Shown here: one piece after another, positions 36,249 through 49,129 of the stretch | Layout: each line of letters begins with the position of its first letter | Position numbering within the stretch: the stretch's first letter is position 1 | Origin: Asterias rubens | Lineage: Eukaryota | DNA: 64,000 nucleotides | Assembly: GCF_902459465.1 (NCBI RefSeq) | Contig: NC_047074.1 | Coordinates: 14,694,001-14,758,000 of the forward strand | Direction: 5' to 3' | Program-made: the position numbers and the translations under genes | The notes under the pieces: model-generated | What the model saw: the letters and a program-made list of their open reading frames with translations, nothing else | Database searches by the model: none | Told to the model about the DNA's origin: nothing

Positions 36249-37299
36249 TTCCACGCAAGAAGAGTCCATTCACATTTAGGTGTTTTCTTAGAGGTTAATA
36301 AGACACTGTTTGAAAAATAACTCGTGCTATAAACCAAAGTATGGTCATGAAGCATGAACTGCAGTTGATGCCTCCAAGTTGCCTGTCAAATTTGCGTTGT
36401 GTGACGAGGCCTTGCCTGCAAAAGCTGTAATAATTCGGAATATGACTATAATATAGAGCTGTATTAAAAAAAGGTAGTAAGATAGCTTGACAAAATTCCG
36501 GTAGCATAGAATTTCTGAGCACTCAATATTATGGACAAAACACCTGACGCCAAAGTCTAGACATGCAAATCCACAAACACCGACACAAGTTCAGATTTTA
36601 AGTTTGGCCTTTTGTCGAGTTGACATATTTATCAGTGACAAAAAGTTGAACTGTTCATTTGTTATCAGACTTAATAATTATAAGCCCCATGTTTACAATG
36701 TCACGATGCCAGCTACAGGTTGAACTTTGAACACAAAGCAAACATAAATCATTATTCGTACGGCAGTTGACTGACGACAGTGTAGAGCCATAGGATAACA
36801 ACTGGGATAAAACGGGGTCTCTCGTGTACGAATACGATGGTAAAGTGTCTGCTCGTCATGTATAGCTTTGCAATACTGGGCTAAGATTCAAGAATGCGAG
36901 TACACCTTCGATTGAATAGTTAATAATGTTTGATGGCAGCCATTTAAACGTCTTTGTGTCCGACGTATGATCTTGGCATAGAATCACCAGTTGTTGTCAT
37001 CTTGGAATGGACTTGCGCATGAAGGTGGTGGAGTCCCTGATGTTATGACTTTTGAGCAACTCACTTCCAGTTACTTCCGGTTGTCCAGTTCATCTTCAAA
37101 ACTATCCTCCAACAGGCAACCAGTTATTGTATGAATTTACTTGATGACACAACATCATCACTCAACATCACTGAAGCCAGATGAATATGATGGTACTTTC
37201 AGGCCTCGGACATCTGTAGGTTTTTGATACACCTATACAAGATTCTTCTAGTGCCTCTTGAAACATAATTAATATTCTCCTCAGTGTCTTTGTCACAAG

Positions 37300-40200
37300 A
37301 TGAGGGTCACATCAACTATTAATGTGACGATTAAGGATGCGGTTGTAGGTCTTCTACTATTCACCACAACAACTGTATGCTTAATCACTCTATGGGTATG
37401 TATTTTATTGTATTGTTTCATTATAAATGTAACCAACCAAATGACATGAATTATGGTGACACCAGACCATGGGACGACAGCGACATCCTTATTTTCCGAA
37501 ACCAAGTTTTAACAGCCCTGTTGCACTTAGCCCTAATCCTAACCTTAACCCATTATGCTAACCCTGCGTCTTGATCACAGGGAGAAATATTGGGAAACCC
37601 GGAACTGATAATGGTGTCGAAAATGGAGCAGTCACCCCATTGAATATACTTATGTTTCAAAACCAGATCCAAATAATCTAATAAATACTTGCTGCGAAAT
37701 TAAAAGTAGAAAAGAGCAAAAGCTTCACACGTTGAATCAAATTATTAACAACAGAATGAATGAAATTCTACATGTTCAATTATTTTCACAGATGATGTTT
37801 CATGAGTCGGCAAGGTACATAGAACAGCCGTTTGGTGCCAAGGTAAGCTCACACCAAACATTTTTGGGTGCCATGTTTTCGCAATAAGCCAAAGCCCAAG
37901 CCCAAAGCCCCAGCCCAAGCTCATAGCCCAACCTTTCGTTTCGAAAAGGTCCGTAGAAAGAAGCTACACCACTTTATGAGGGTGTTACCAGGGCCAAATT
38001 TAAGCAGAAAAAGTCTGCTTAACGACTTTCTGCTAAGCTTAAAGCAGGATACCAGTCCAAAGGTGGCACACGTAAAATTTTAGCTGGTAACACGATTCTG
38101 GTGGGCATGTGCTGCTGTTTGTGGCCCAGGGGCCAATTTCATAGAGCTGCTTAAACAAAAAATTCGATTAAGCACGAAAATAGCTCGTTTATCTTACACA
38201 TGTTACTGGCCAAAATTTCATGCCATGTACATTGCTTGTGACTGGTATTTAGCTGTTGTTTACTTAGCATAACAATTGAGTGGAATTTTGGTCTGTAAAT
38301 TAATTTTACTAAAAGGCAAGGACTTTTTTGCTAAGCAAAATTTTGTGCTTAAGCAGCTCTATGAAATTGGGCCCAGGTTGAAGTTATCTGTTTGTGTTTC
38401 ATCCACGCACGCAATTAGAGCACGGAGCTACAGAGATTGAGGCAGTCCTAATATAAGTCTGCGAGTATACATTAAACTAAACAAACTAATATAAATGCCA
38501 CCCTTTGACAGCCTCCGAATGTTATCAAGATAGCGGTTAGTAGAGGTTTTGAAGTACTACCACTAGATGTTTGTGTATTATTAGAAAGTCATTTGATAGT
38601 TTCTCTTAACGTTCTTAATTATAGGCGTCTCATCGGCAGAGCGGCCTTAGTTACTTGAAGAACATTACGAAGCAAGTGGAGATCAAACAAAAGGTAAGCA
38701 TTAAGTCTTTTTTTTAAATATATAATACGTTGATGGTGTGACAGGGAGATTCTGTTCCCAAGGGATGTTTTCCGCCCCAATGATATAACTTATGACTCAT
38801 TTAGGGATACATGGGCTAATGACAAGTGTAATGTTTTTGACCGTTGTGATTTTCAGGTTTTCGTAACTCAAAGTTTACCATTATGTTTGATTGCTTGTTG
38901 TTTTATCATTATTCAGAGTAAGCATCGGATAATTGATCCACCTGTTAATATCACTAACAAGTTGAAGAATGAAGGACCTCTTCAGTTGGAAAACAAGGTA
39001 TGTTTTAGATCATGGTAATAAGGCGATCAGTTGAACCATCTTAAGTCCACTTGTAATCATGAGAAAAGAAGGGCTTCATAAATGGGATTTGATGCATTGC
39101 ATGGTGAGGGCATCAATGTATATTGGTTTTCGGTAACACCATGTGTAGCTCTATAATTGCCTGGTAGATTCATTCTTTTGATAACTTGTTTTGCTTTTTC
39201 TACTTGCTAAGATTGTTGTCGTTTTTGTGCAGGAATTTGATTTTGACAAAAGAAACAAAGACACACCACGATATATGCATGAGGAGGAGTATGCATTACG
39301 ATTTGTGAGCAAATTAACAAGTTACGCCAAAAGCAGTTACAGGTAACAAAACAAACTGTCTGTCATTACCAATGTTTCACCCCAAACATCAGTTTGTGAT
39401 ATCACTTTAAGAAGACACTCTTAATAACGTTATGACTTTCTTTAGAGATTGTGTTTAGGGAAAGCTCTAGAGAAAGATGTATCTTGATCAAAAAGAAGCT
39501 TTAAAGAGAATGGGGATGTATCTTAGAAAATGTTGTCTTAGAGGAAGTTGTATCTTTACTAAACAAGAACGTTGTGTCTTCGAGAAATCTTATTTAAAGT
39601 GAAGGTTGTCTCGAGAAAGATATATCTTTCAATAAGTTGTATCTTTTAGGAAAAGCGGGGATTGTGGCTGTGAGTGCTGTTTTTTAACTGAAGGTTGTAT
39701 CTTACTGATAAGGTTGTATTTTGTTTGTGCAGAATTGAAGGGAATCTGAGTAGCTTGAATCTTGGTGATGACTTGCACGTGACTATCCAGGCTAGAGATA
39801 GTATGGGAAGGGATCGCGAGGAAGGAGGTGACTTCTGGTTTGTTACCCTAGCAACCAAATATAATCACTCTGGAGCAGCAGGCCGGGTCATAGACTACGA
39901 CAATGGAACCTACACTGTGTACTTTAAGATCGGATGGCCAGGTGTCTTGGATCTTGACGTCACTCTGGTTCACCCAAGCCAAGTCGCTACGGTACTGACT
40001 AATATTATCTGGAAGGAGCGTGACCGCGTGGAGTGGACAGCGCAGTTTGAATCACCCGCTTCTCTCGTGACCAATCACAAGTGTGTGCTTAGACGTCAAT
40101 ACGTGCCGCTTGTTAGAGAGTGCACTGTAGCTTACCCAAAGGCAATTGGACAAACTTTACTGGTCTGTGATCAACCGGCTGGTGGGGCGGCCTGTGACGG

Positions 40201-41906
40201 ACTGAGCTCCATGTACATTAACAGGACTGTCACTGAACAGAGAGTTCAACACATTACACGCAACTACTTTAATGTCTTTGCAGGGTAAGTACTAAATCTA
40301 TTCTGATTTTAACAGACATGTCAAATTGGTCATACAGTGTCGTACCCGGATAGAAAGGATGCTCAGCCCCGTAAGAAAAAAAACGTAATCAAAATGAAGA
40401 AAAACGGTGGCTAACAATACATAGTGTCCCTGACAGTGCTTGTCTGGTTACGCCCCCGTTTTCAGTTCATTTCAATTCTAAGCAACGTTTATTTCCACAC
40501 ATCATCATCAACATGTACAGAAAATAATATCAATTTGACCAGAATAATCCTATTATGTTTATTTTTCAGGGACCATTTCAAAAGACGACTTCTAAAAGGT
40601 CCAAGAAAACTTTTAGTGAAAGGTAAATTTTTAAATATTTTAAAGTTATAAATACATGGAAAACTGATAATAATTATGGTATATTATGATAAATAATTTT
40701 GGGCGAAAGAAAAATGTACCTATGAGGGCATTGAACTTATGGACCTCCGGACCAACTGTGAGCGACCTCCGGACCAACTGTGAGCAATCTGTCTGTTGTC
40801 AAAGGAACTCGGAAAAATTCCATAAACACCTACCTGGCAACAGCCACTCTCCCCGAGTCGACGAATCAAGAAATTGAGTTTCTATAACAGACGACAATAC
40901 TTTTTTAGTCATTGTAAAATAAGCGGCTTGTTTGGTAGAGTTCGAGTCCACAACGCAGTGATCGGATATTGGACAGTAGACGCTCATGTACTAGGTTCTT
41001 ATACCGAATGTTTACTTTTTATTTTGATATTAAGAGTATCAACATACTCTTTCATATTAAAGTGTTTTGCTTTTTGTTTTCCTCTAAGATTCTCCGTACA
41101 ATCACAAGAAGCTGATGGAGATTCACCAACATCTTCCTGCCTGTCAACCAGATCTTCCAAAACCACCTCTCAGCCTTGGCTACTGGCGGTCCGACGTATG
41201 GTACTCTCTGGCCTTCAGGACTAAGACGGTCTGGGCAAAACCAAACGAAGTTGGAGAATGTTTAAGAGGAAAAGATGTATACTTCCTTGGTGATTCAACA
41301 ATTCGGCAGTGGCTGGAAGTCCTGTCAGATATGATGGGTGTTCCTTTCAAGAGACAAAACCCAGGGGAAAAGGACAATATTTACCGGAGTTTCGACTCCT
41401 TCAACACTTCAATGGCCTACCGATCACATCCATTATTTATAACTTCTAAGATAGAAGGAAAACTCACCAAAAAATTAGCCTTCGAGATTGATGTTTTAGA
41501 CAGTTTGCAAAGTACAGAGTGTAACTATGTCGTAGTGATCAGCTCATGGGTGCATTTTACCCAATGGACCCGTAATAGTTACGTCGAACGAGTTGGTCTC
41601 CTACGCGATGCCGTCTTAAAGTTAATATCGAGGTGCCCGGACGTTAAAATCATTGTGACGGGTCCACATCCACGTGAGCAACCCAGTAAAGAATCACGGA
41701 TCTATAATAATGACTTAATTGCTCAGCGACTTGGAGATATTCTTGAGAATACTTTCAGTCAGATAGGGGTTTTATATCTCGATGTTTGGGACTTAAACCT
41801 TGCTTATCCGTCAAGTAACAACATTAACATGCCAAGGGCTGTAGTGCAAGGAGAAGTTAGTATGTTTTTATCGTATGTCTGTAGGGGCAAATCAGACAAA
41901 ACATAA
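37300..41906 (+). CDS. NXPE family protein, copy 2, 7 exons, about 592 aa
   Basis: Exons 37300-37395, 38625-38693, 38917-38997, 39233-39342, 39733-40284, 40570-40622, 41089-41906; GT-AG with consistent phases, total 1779 nt. Shares the 53-nt exon and the SSYR junction with copy 1. Motifs EEGGDFWF, GRVIDYDNGTYTVYF, LVHPSQ, GYWRSDVWYSL, VYFLGDSTIRQW, DVWD, FLSYVC. The three short 5' exons are less certain. Confidence 0.9.
38130..38373. mobile_element. PIF/Harbinger-like MITE with 3-bp CAG TSD
   Basis: CAG-GGGCCAATTTCATAGAGCTGCTTAA ... TTAAGCAGCTCTATGAAATTGGGCC-CAG. Relatives at about 12831, 58618-58792 and 63689-63831. Confidence 0.85.
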
Positions 41907-42489
41907 GTAATGTCGGGCTTGTAAACTATTGATTTAGAATACTTTAAGGCATCTTTGGTTTCACCACCATCGCAAAAGAATGGGTGGACAAAAACATGCT
42001 TGGTTAATACAACAGTTTAAACATTTTAAAAAATTAAAACTTTTAAAACCGTTGAATGGTTCTTCATTGCTGCACAGAATACATTACCTTAAACAAATTC
42101 TTAGAAATTAATAGACACCAACTTGCATTTAAACACAAGGGATTTCCTATATACACGATCACTTTCGATAACGAAAAAACACATGTAATGCTCGCTGTGT
42201 ATTGCTAATTTAAAAGCTGGTCAAAGTAGCCACTTTTCCGTTCTATTCACATGGGACGCGTTGCGAAGTGCTTTCTGTGCAAGAAAGAAGCTCTTTTCCC
42301 TGTCGGGGTCTTAAGAAAGTGCAATCTCTGTGCGGTGTAAAGGATCTTGGTTATTTTGTTAGATAACAGAATGTAAATACCCGTAAAAGCAATTCAGATA
42401 ATGCTAAATGCTATTCACAAAGAAATGTACGCTCTGCTACAAACTTGTTAGCATACGATGTAACATTAATTATAGCTTTGCAACAAAAA

Positions 42490-42850
42490 TGTGAAGAAGG
42501 GACACATGGTATGTATAAAGGTCACCTGTAATTAACCATTATCTGTTTTGGCATAGCCTGCTAAAAACCTTTTAGTATAAAATGTTACATTTTAGCCTGG
42601 CATCAAAAATATCTTATAAGGAACACATGGTTTGTTTATGGCCATTGTAATTAACCATTATGTGACTGTTTGAATAGCCTGCTGAAAACCCTTTAGCACA
42701 AGATGTTTCAATTAAACCAACATGATTATTCTTTATCCGCGATGCAATTTTAAAATCTATTAAACAAAAAGATGGTTATAAGAAACACATGGTTTGTATA
42801 AGGCCACTATTCCGTGGGCCCCCTATAAGTCTGCTTTAAACCTTTTAGCA
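42490..42850. repeat. Degenerate tandem repeat, 3 copies
   Basis: AAG(G/A)(G/A)ACACATGGT(A/T)TGT recurs three times; two copies continue TGTAATTAACCATTAT...TAGCCTGCT.AAAACC.TTTAG. Confidence 0.65.
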
Positions 42851-43317
42851 TTATATGTAAAACAAATTCTTTGACGGAGCTATCCACATTCCAACGGATG
42901 GACCCGTTACAAATACTCCACGGACAACTCGGGGCAACCCAAAGACTCCCCTGTCGCAAAAGGACAGGTTAGTTTTACAGAACCAGTGATCTCATTGGAT
43001 ACAACGTAGGAGTACATGCACATCCATATGATGATTTTTGATGTAAACTTGTAGGCCCAACGTATAATTAATTTCGACTGTGAAATTAAAGCGTGATCGA
43101 CGGTACATCCGTCCGCGTGACCGACAGAATATCGACGCAGGCTCGAGGTCACTTTCTGGCGTAATTAACGGACCCCGATGTGTGACGTCAGATTTTTACA
43201 ACCATACATGATCTGTCCTCTATGGAACACAATATCAAGAAGACTGTCTGAGGTTGGGTGAAAGACCTCTTACGGATTCTGAAGCTTGTTTTTGCCATTG
43301 GATGTTCACCAGACAAG

Positions 43318-44313
43318 ATGGATGAGTTTTTTCTTACAATTCTGAAAACTCTAATTGGTATTATTGGTATATTAGGAAATGGTCTTGTCTGTGTGGTTAT
43401 CGCTAAAGTACCGGCTATGAGAACACTGACTAACGCAATCATCTTCAACCAGGCTGTAATTGACTTCCTTGCTTCACTGTTCCTTGTTCTCCTCGGCAAC
43501 ATCAAACCTCAGTTACCACAAAATGACTCTTTTGGTGTTGTTCTGCATTGCGTCATGTGGGATTCATCTATCCTAGTATGGATGTTTTTCACGGCCTCAA
43601 CCTTCAACCTCGTTCTTCTCACTTTAGAGAGGTATGTTGCGATCATGTACCCATTTCAATATGTGACATACTTCGGTAGAAAGCAAGTCACCATCATGCT
43701 GTTTGGAGTTTGGGTCCTGGCTATTGGGTACAAAGCACATATCATTGGTTACAAGCGAGTCGTTAATGGTGAATGTGAACGTATCACTCTATCACAGACT
43801 GCATATGTTGTCGATGGTATCTTTACATTCCTCATCGAATACTTCATCCCTCTTGTCATTATGACATTTTGCTATGTACGTATTGCAATTTACTTGAAGA
43901 GGAAAGCTACCACCGTTCAACCTGGTCTAGAACCAAACAACCAAGACGTAAACAGCATGAGTGGTTCTTTAATTCGCGCCCGACGTAACACACTTAAGAC
44001 ACTATTCGTTGTCTTCGTCACCTACACCATCTGCTGGACACCAAATCAACTTGCGTTTTTTATGTACAACTTTGGTCTTCACCTGGACTTGCAAGGAGCT
44101 TTCTACTTCATTTCAGTGGTGTTAATCCAGTTGAACTCGTGTATAAATCCCATCATCTACTCGTTCAAATATAAAAAGTTCCAGAGAGGCGTACGGGTCT
44201 TGTTTAGACCATGTTTGCCAAGAAGACTGCTCGCAAGAACAACAGTTGAGGATAGCATCTCGGTAGTAACATTTCGGACACGGAGGGAAGAAGAACCGAC
44301 AGCCAGTCAGTAA
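43318..44313 (+). CDS. Intronless class A (rhodopsin-like) GPCR, copy 1, 331 aa; candidate chemoreceptor
   Basis: Seven hydrophobic segments; GILGNGLV (TM1), LTLERY (E/DRY), CWTPNQ (CWxP), NSCINPIIY (NPxxY). First ATG at 43318; the ORF track starts at an upstream GTG. Confidence 0.93.
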   Translation: MDEFFLTILKTLIGIIGILGNGLVCVVIAKVPAMRTLTNAIIFNQAVIDFLASLFLVLLGNIKPQLPQNDSFGVVLHCVMWDSSILVWMFFTASTFNLVLLTLERYVAIMYPFQYVTYFGRKQVTIMLFGVWVLAIGYKAHIIGYKRVVNGECERITLSQTAYVVDGIFTFLIEYFIPLVIMTFCYVRIAIYLKRKATTVQPGLEPNNQDVNSMSGSLIRARRNTLKTLFVVFVTYTICWTPNQLAFFMYNFGLHLDLQGAFYFISVVLIQLNSCINPIIYSFKYKKFQRGVRVLFRPCLPRRLLARTTVEDSISVVTFRTRREEEPTASQ

Positions 44314-44351
44314 AGTACGGATCAGTTAACTCACTCGAGATTGATCGCTGT

Positions 44352-44647
44352 TCACAAACCTGTGAACATTTTGGCTCAATTGGTCATCGAGGTTGCAAGA
44401 AAATAATGAAAGTGAAAAAACTATTGTTGCTCAAATCAAGGGTTGTGTGCGTTCAGATGCATGAGGCTTCAGACCTAAAGCCTTTCTCAGATTCTAACTA
44501 GTGAGAAATAAACTCCTTCTTGGTTCAGAAAGTCCAAGTTGTTTCTCACAAGGTTTTATATTAGTAAGGGCTATCCATTGGTCAGTATACCAAGTAAGTT
44601 TGCATGCTATATGTATTTTCAGTAGATACGCATCCAGTGCCTTTTAA
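44352..44647. mobile_element. Family A MITE, degenerate and 5'-truncated
   Basis: CACAAACCTGTGAACATTTTGGCTCAATTGGTCATCGAG ... CATCCAGTGCCTTTTAA. Confidence 0.6.
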
Positions 44648-46167
44648 ACTTACAGGCATTGGACGCGTTTGATTTTATTTTTCATGTGGTCTTACGTACA
44701 CATGTCCCAAAGTTGTAATAACTTGGCCAAGTCTATATATATGTAAGAGCACCGTCCTCGGGATATGGTGTTTCTGATCAGCTGAGTTTGGGTTCGAGTC
44801 CCGGTCATGGCACCTGCGTCCTTAAGTGAAACTGGAAGGGTATAACTCATGCGGTGTTTCTGGGTCATCAAGCACCCTTGTTGACAGGTTTCCCCGGTCA
44901 GGAACCTCAAACCCACATACTCCTCCAGGATAATTGTTCTGGGTTCTTGTACGTTCAGTACCACTCCTAGTAGAGGGAATTTTCTGCTTAATTCCCCATC
45001 CTATATAATAAGGAGAAAACAATCATTGTAAAATGTATCTTGCTAAAGAACACCAAATCAAAAACCGGGACTTGAACCCACACTCGGCTAATCAAAAACA
45101 CCTGAGCTCGAGTCCATTGCTCTTTTTATAGCTAAGACACGGCAATCGTACACAGACACTATTTATAGTACAGAATTCAATATAATATCATTGTACAAAT
45201 AAATATAACAACAAGTTACTAAAAGTGCCCTGATGTTTCTAGCATACCGTGAGAGATGGTGAACTTAATAAAGCTTAATTGAGGGTGTTTTGTTAACAAA
45301 TTTAATTATTATCAATCAACGGCAAGCGGACATTGTGTAAATGGTCACATGTCGCCGACATCTGGCAGACCAGTGTTAGTTGAACAAGTTTTGCATAGAA
45401 AGAGAAGAGATAATACAACATATGAGGGAAAAAAACTTCACTCAAATAAAATTAACGTTTTATTTTCATGTTTATTTAATTTGTGCCAACAGTCAAAATA
45501 ACACAATATAGCCGGTATAGCGTGCGATGGTTCGTCAAAGTTCAAATTAAATCTTGTACCATTCGGATTGTTCTCCCTTTCCATTGAAGTTAACAAAAAC
45601 ATCCAAACAAAACCAACAACAGACCGGAACTGAAGTTTATATGAGTTCATATAACTCTAGACAATTTTAAATGTGTAAGCGCAGCACGTGGCATATACGG
45701 TGATGTTTGAATTGCGTATAAAAGTAACCTAATCAGACGAGCCAAATACTTAAAACTGAAGTTCTCGCTGGTCTTGCTATCTTTGCTCCGACTCCCGTTG
45801 GATGAAAACTTACAAGGTATAGTGTCTAGAAGTGTTTCTTCCCTTCGCTAACCATGAGGTGTGCTCTGTTTCTTTCGTAAACCACCACGCTTAAAACTGT
45901 GCTTACCTAACTGTACCTGTTCAGCTGAGTAACATTGCTCAAGATTATAAATATTACATGATATTCTGCAAACAACAAAAGTGCAAGAGAATTATTGAAT
46001 GATTGATGCCGGGGAGAGTTTGTGCCTGTTAATGTTATCGTAGTTGGAGTTTCTATACGGAAAACGATTAAGAATAACCCACAGGTGTTCAATCAACATA
46101 CACTCTACATGCATTTAAGGGTCCGGCATTTTGTCGAAAACAGTTTGAAACAGCAAGTATTGTTTGT

Positions 46168-47142
46168 ATGATGGAGGCATCAACCGCTTTTATTGACATC
46201 ATCAAAGCAGTTATTGGTGTCTTTGGAGTATTAGGAAATGGTCTTGTCTGTGTGGTCATCGCTAAAGTACCGGCTATGAGAACACTGACCAACGCAATCA
46301 TCTTCAATCAAGCGGCATTGGACTTTCTTGCCTCTCTACTCATCATTCTTAGGACTTTCAAAGGAGAACCGAACGAGGACAGTTCTCTACTTCTTAAGAC
46401 AATCCGTTGTTTCCTATGGGATCCTCCTTTGTTGGTCTTTATATTATTCGTCGGCTCTACGTTCAATCTAGTTCTGCTGACTCTTGAAAGGTACATCGCT
46501 ATCATGTACCCATTCAAGTATATGGTTTATTTCGGTAAGACACAAGTCGCCCTGATGATGGTTGCCGTTTGGGTGATCGCAATTGGAAGTGAAGGCCGTT
46601 TTGTTATACTTCATGACATGATTGACGGACATTGTGCATTTACAAACATATCAAGTGCAGCTTTCATTGCGCATGGTACGGTTACACTAATAATCGAGTA
46701 TTTAATTCCTTTGATTATAATGTCCTTCTGTTACATCCACATTGCTGGACACTTGAAGAAAACTGCAGCCAGCGTCATTCCGGGTCCGTCTACGAGTCAG
46801 AACGAAAACAGCATGAGTGGTTCTCTAATACGCGCCCGACGTAACACCCTAAAGACACTCTTCATTGTGTTTGTCACCTACGTCATATGCTGGACACCAA
46901 ATCAAATATTTTTCTTTCTATATCATTTGGGATTGCCGCTTAACCTCGATGGTTTGTTTAATATCAGCACAGAGATATTGGTTCAACTGAATTGTTGTTC
47001 TAATCCTGTCATTTACGCGTTCAAATATAAGCAGTTTAAAAAAGGTGTGCGGGTCTTGCTGAAGCCATGCTGCCCGAGACTGGCCGTAAGATCGGACGAA
47101 AACACGGTATCGTCAATCGCGACTAAGAGTACAATGCCGTGA
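46168..47142 (+). CDS. Intronless class A GPCR, copy 2, 324 aa
   Basis: GVLGNGLV, LTLERY, CWTPNQ, NCCSNPVIY; paralogous to copies 1 and 3. Confidence 0.93.
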   Translation: MMEASTAFIDIIKAVIGVFGVLGNGLVCVVIAKVPAMRTLTNAIIFNQAALDFLASLLIILRTFKGEPNEDSSLLLKTIRCFLWDPPLLVFILFVGSTFNLVLLTLERYIAIMYPFKYMVYFGKTQVALMMVAVWVIAIGSEGRFVILHDMIDGHCAFTNISSAAFIAHGTVTLIIEYLIPLIIMSFCYIHIAGHLKKTAASVIPGPSTSQNENSMSGSLIRARRNTLKTLFIVFVTYVICWTPNQIFFFLYHLGLPLNLDGLFNISTEILVQLNCCSNPVIYAFKYKQFKKGVRVLLKPCCPRLAVRSDENTVSSIATKSTMP

Positions 47143-48169
47143 AGAAAACCCTCCGTTCTTTAGCTGGGTTTTCATCGCATCAAGTTGGCTCTTTGCCCCC
47201 CCTTTCACTGTTAACCAAGGTTCTTCTCATTTCTCCTACGGTAGTATTCTCGTCTTCGCTTCGCTGAAACTTATTCTACACTGTTTTGTTTTGAGGGTCA
47301 TTTGACCGCATTTGTTTTTATTTCTCTTCCATTTGTAGACAAGTCTTAAGATAAGATAACTGCGAGAATTGCTTTTAAAAAAAAATCTTGACGTAAGTAA
47401 AACTTTAAATTTAATCAGCGGCTCGACAAAAGTATCGGCTCATAATAGTTAGTCACATTTTGATGTTATATAAATTTGTTATCCACAAACGTTAACACAA
47501 GTATAGACTCTGAATACTTAATCACATTTTGATGTTATATAAATTTGTTATCATAAACGTTAACACAATGATCTCAAATTTGATTTTGAGGAGCAGGAAT
47601 ACACAGGTCAGAATATAATGGACGTTAAGCGAAATATCAAACAAAATCAAGACAATTATTTGAAATAAATTGCCCTGCCAATAACCACATCAAATCCTTG
47701 AAGAATGAACCACCATGCAACTTTCTCCTGACAAGAATCCAGATTAGAGTCAAAATTGGCAATTAAATATTTTCTATTATCCATAATCCTTTCAAATGAA
47801 AATAAAGATATAGATGTTCCTTGTGGATCAACATACAATCATAAATCAATCAAAGGGCATTGCCGCTCCGGTCACTGCCTCGTGCAGTTCTAGCAAACAT
47901 TTTGTTCTCCCTTTCCTCGTTTTGTTCAATCTGTATAAATATAGCCCTCGGGGTAAGCGATTTGCATTAAGCGAGAAACGCACTTGCCATCAAACCACTG
48001 CGGCCAAACTCGAATCGTGTCATATAGGTATCGAAATCTATAACGAGGCATCACGGGTCGACCACGGTGCGATTTCAGCAAAACAAACTCTATCGGCACC
48101 ACTATAACACGTGTAGATTTACAAACAGTATACCGGACATTATACAATTCGTCATCATTGCTGTACAAG

Positions 48170-49129
48170 ATGGATCTTTCATTGTTTCTTGACATCTCCA
48201 AAACTCTATTCGGAGCCCTGGGGATTTTAGGAAACGGTCTTGTCTGTGTGGTCATCGCGAAGGTGCCAGCAATGAGAACACAGACCAACGCAATCATCTT
48301 CAACCAGGCCATCATTGACTTCATCTCCTGCGTCTTGGTGATCATGAAGTCTTATTTAGGAACACCGGGGAGTGATAACGAATTCTTGTTCACTATTCAT
48401 TGTCATCTTTTGTTTAGCGGAGCATTTATCTGGATCTTCTTCGTAGCTTCAACACTCAATCTAGTGTTGCTGACTCTTGAAAGATACGTCGCCATTATGT
48501 ATCCATTCAAATATGTGGTTTATTTTGGTAAAAGGCAAGTCGCCGTTATGTTGGTGGCTGTATGGATGATCGCTACGGGATTTGAGCTTCGTTTGGTATC
48601 CCATGTTCAAGTGATCAATGGTGATTGTGGATATCCGAACAAAACAAGAACTGTGTTTATTACTGACGGCACCATAACATTTCTGTTTGAATACTTAATT
48701 CCTTTGATAATAATGACTTCATGTTACGTACATATTGCTGGACACTTGAAGAAAACTGCGTCCAATGTTCATCCCGGACAGCCAAACAACCAAGACGTAA
48801 ACAGTATGAGTGGTTCTCTAATTCGTGCCCGACGTAACACACTCAAGACCCTCTTCATTGTCTTCGTCACCTACATCATCTGCTGGACACCAAATCAAAC
48901 TATTTACTTAATTTATCATTTTGGAATGCCGTTAGATTTTCAAGGAGTATTATATGTCAGCACGGAGTTTTTGGTTCAGCTGAATACGTGTGTCAATCCT
49001 GTCATTTACGCGTTCAAATATAAACAGTTCCAGAAAGGTGTGCGATCTTTGCTGAAACCATGTTGCCCGAGGCTGGCCGTAAGATCGGGCGAAAACACAG
49101 TATCGTCAATCGCGACTAACGTGGCATAA
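48170..49129 (+). CDS. Intronless class A GPCR, copy 3, 319 aa
   Basis: GILGNGLV, LTLERY, CWTPNQ, NTCVNPVIY; first ATG at 48170. Confidence 0.93.
   Translation: MDLSLFLDISKTLFGALGILGNGLVCVVIAKVPAMRTQTNAIIFNQAIIDFISCVLVIMKSYLGTPGSDNEFLFTIHCHLLFSGAFIWIFFVASTLNLVLLTLERYVAIMYPFKYVVYFGKRQVAVMLVAVWMIATGFELRLVSHVQVINGDCGYPNKTRTVFITDGTITFLFEYLIPLIIMTSCYVHIAGHLKKTASNVHPGQPNNQDVNSMSGSLIRARRNTLKTLFIVFVTYIICWTPNQTIYLIYHFGMPLDFQGVLYVSTEFLVQLNTCVNPVIYAFKYKQFQKGVRSLLKPCCPRLAVRSGENTVSSIATNVA

Noticed and set aside
43188-48345. Minus-strand ORFs 43188-43505, 46089-46307, 46308-46517 and 47926-48345 with similar N-termini
   Set aside because: Antisense shadows of the conserved TM1-ICL1 and TM2-TM3 regions of the three GPCRs.
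24206-49129. Idea that SLC16, NXPE and GPCR genes form an operon-like functional system
   Set aside because: No shared regulatory motif or read-through evidence; these families often form local tandem clusters in deuterostomes, so adjacency alone is uninformative.
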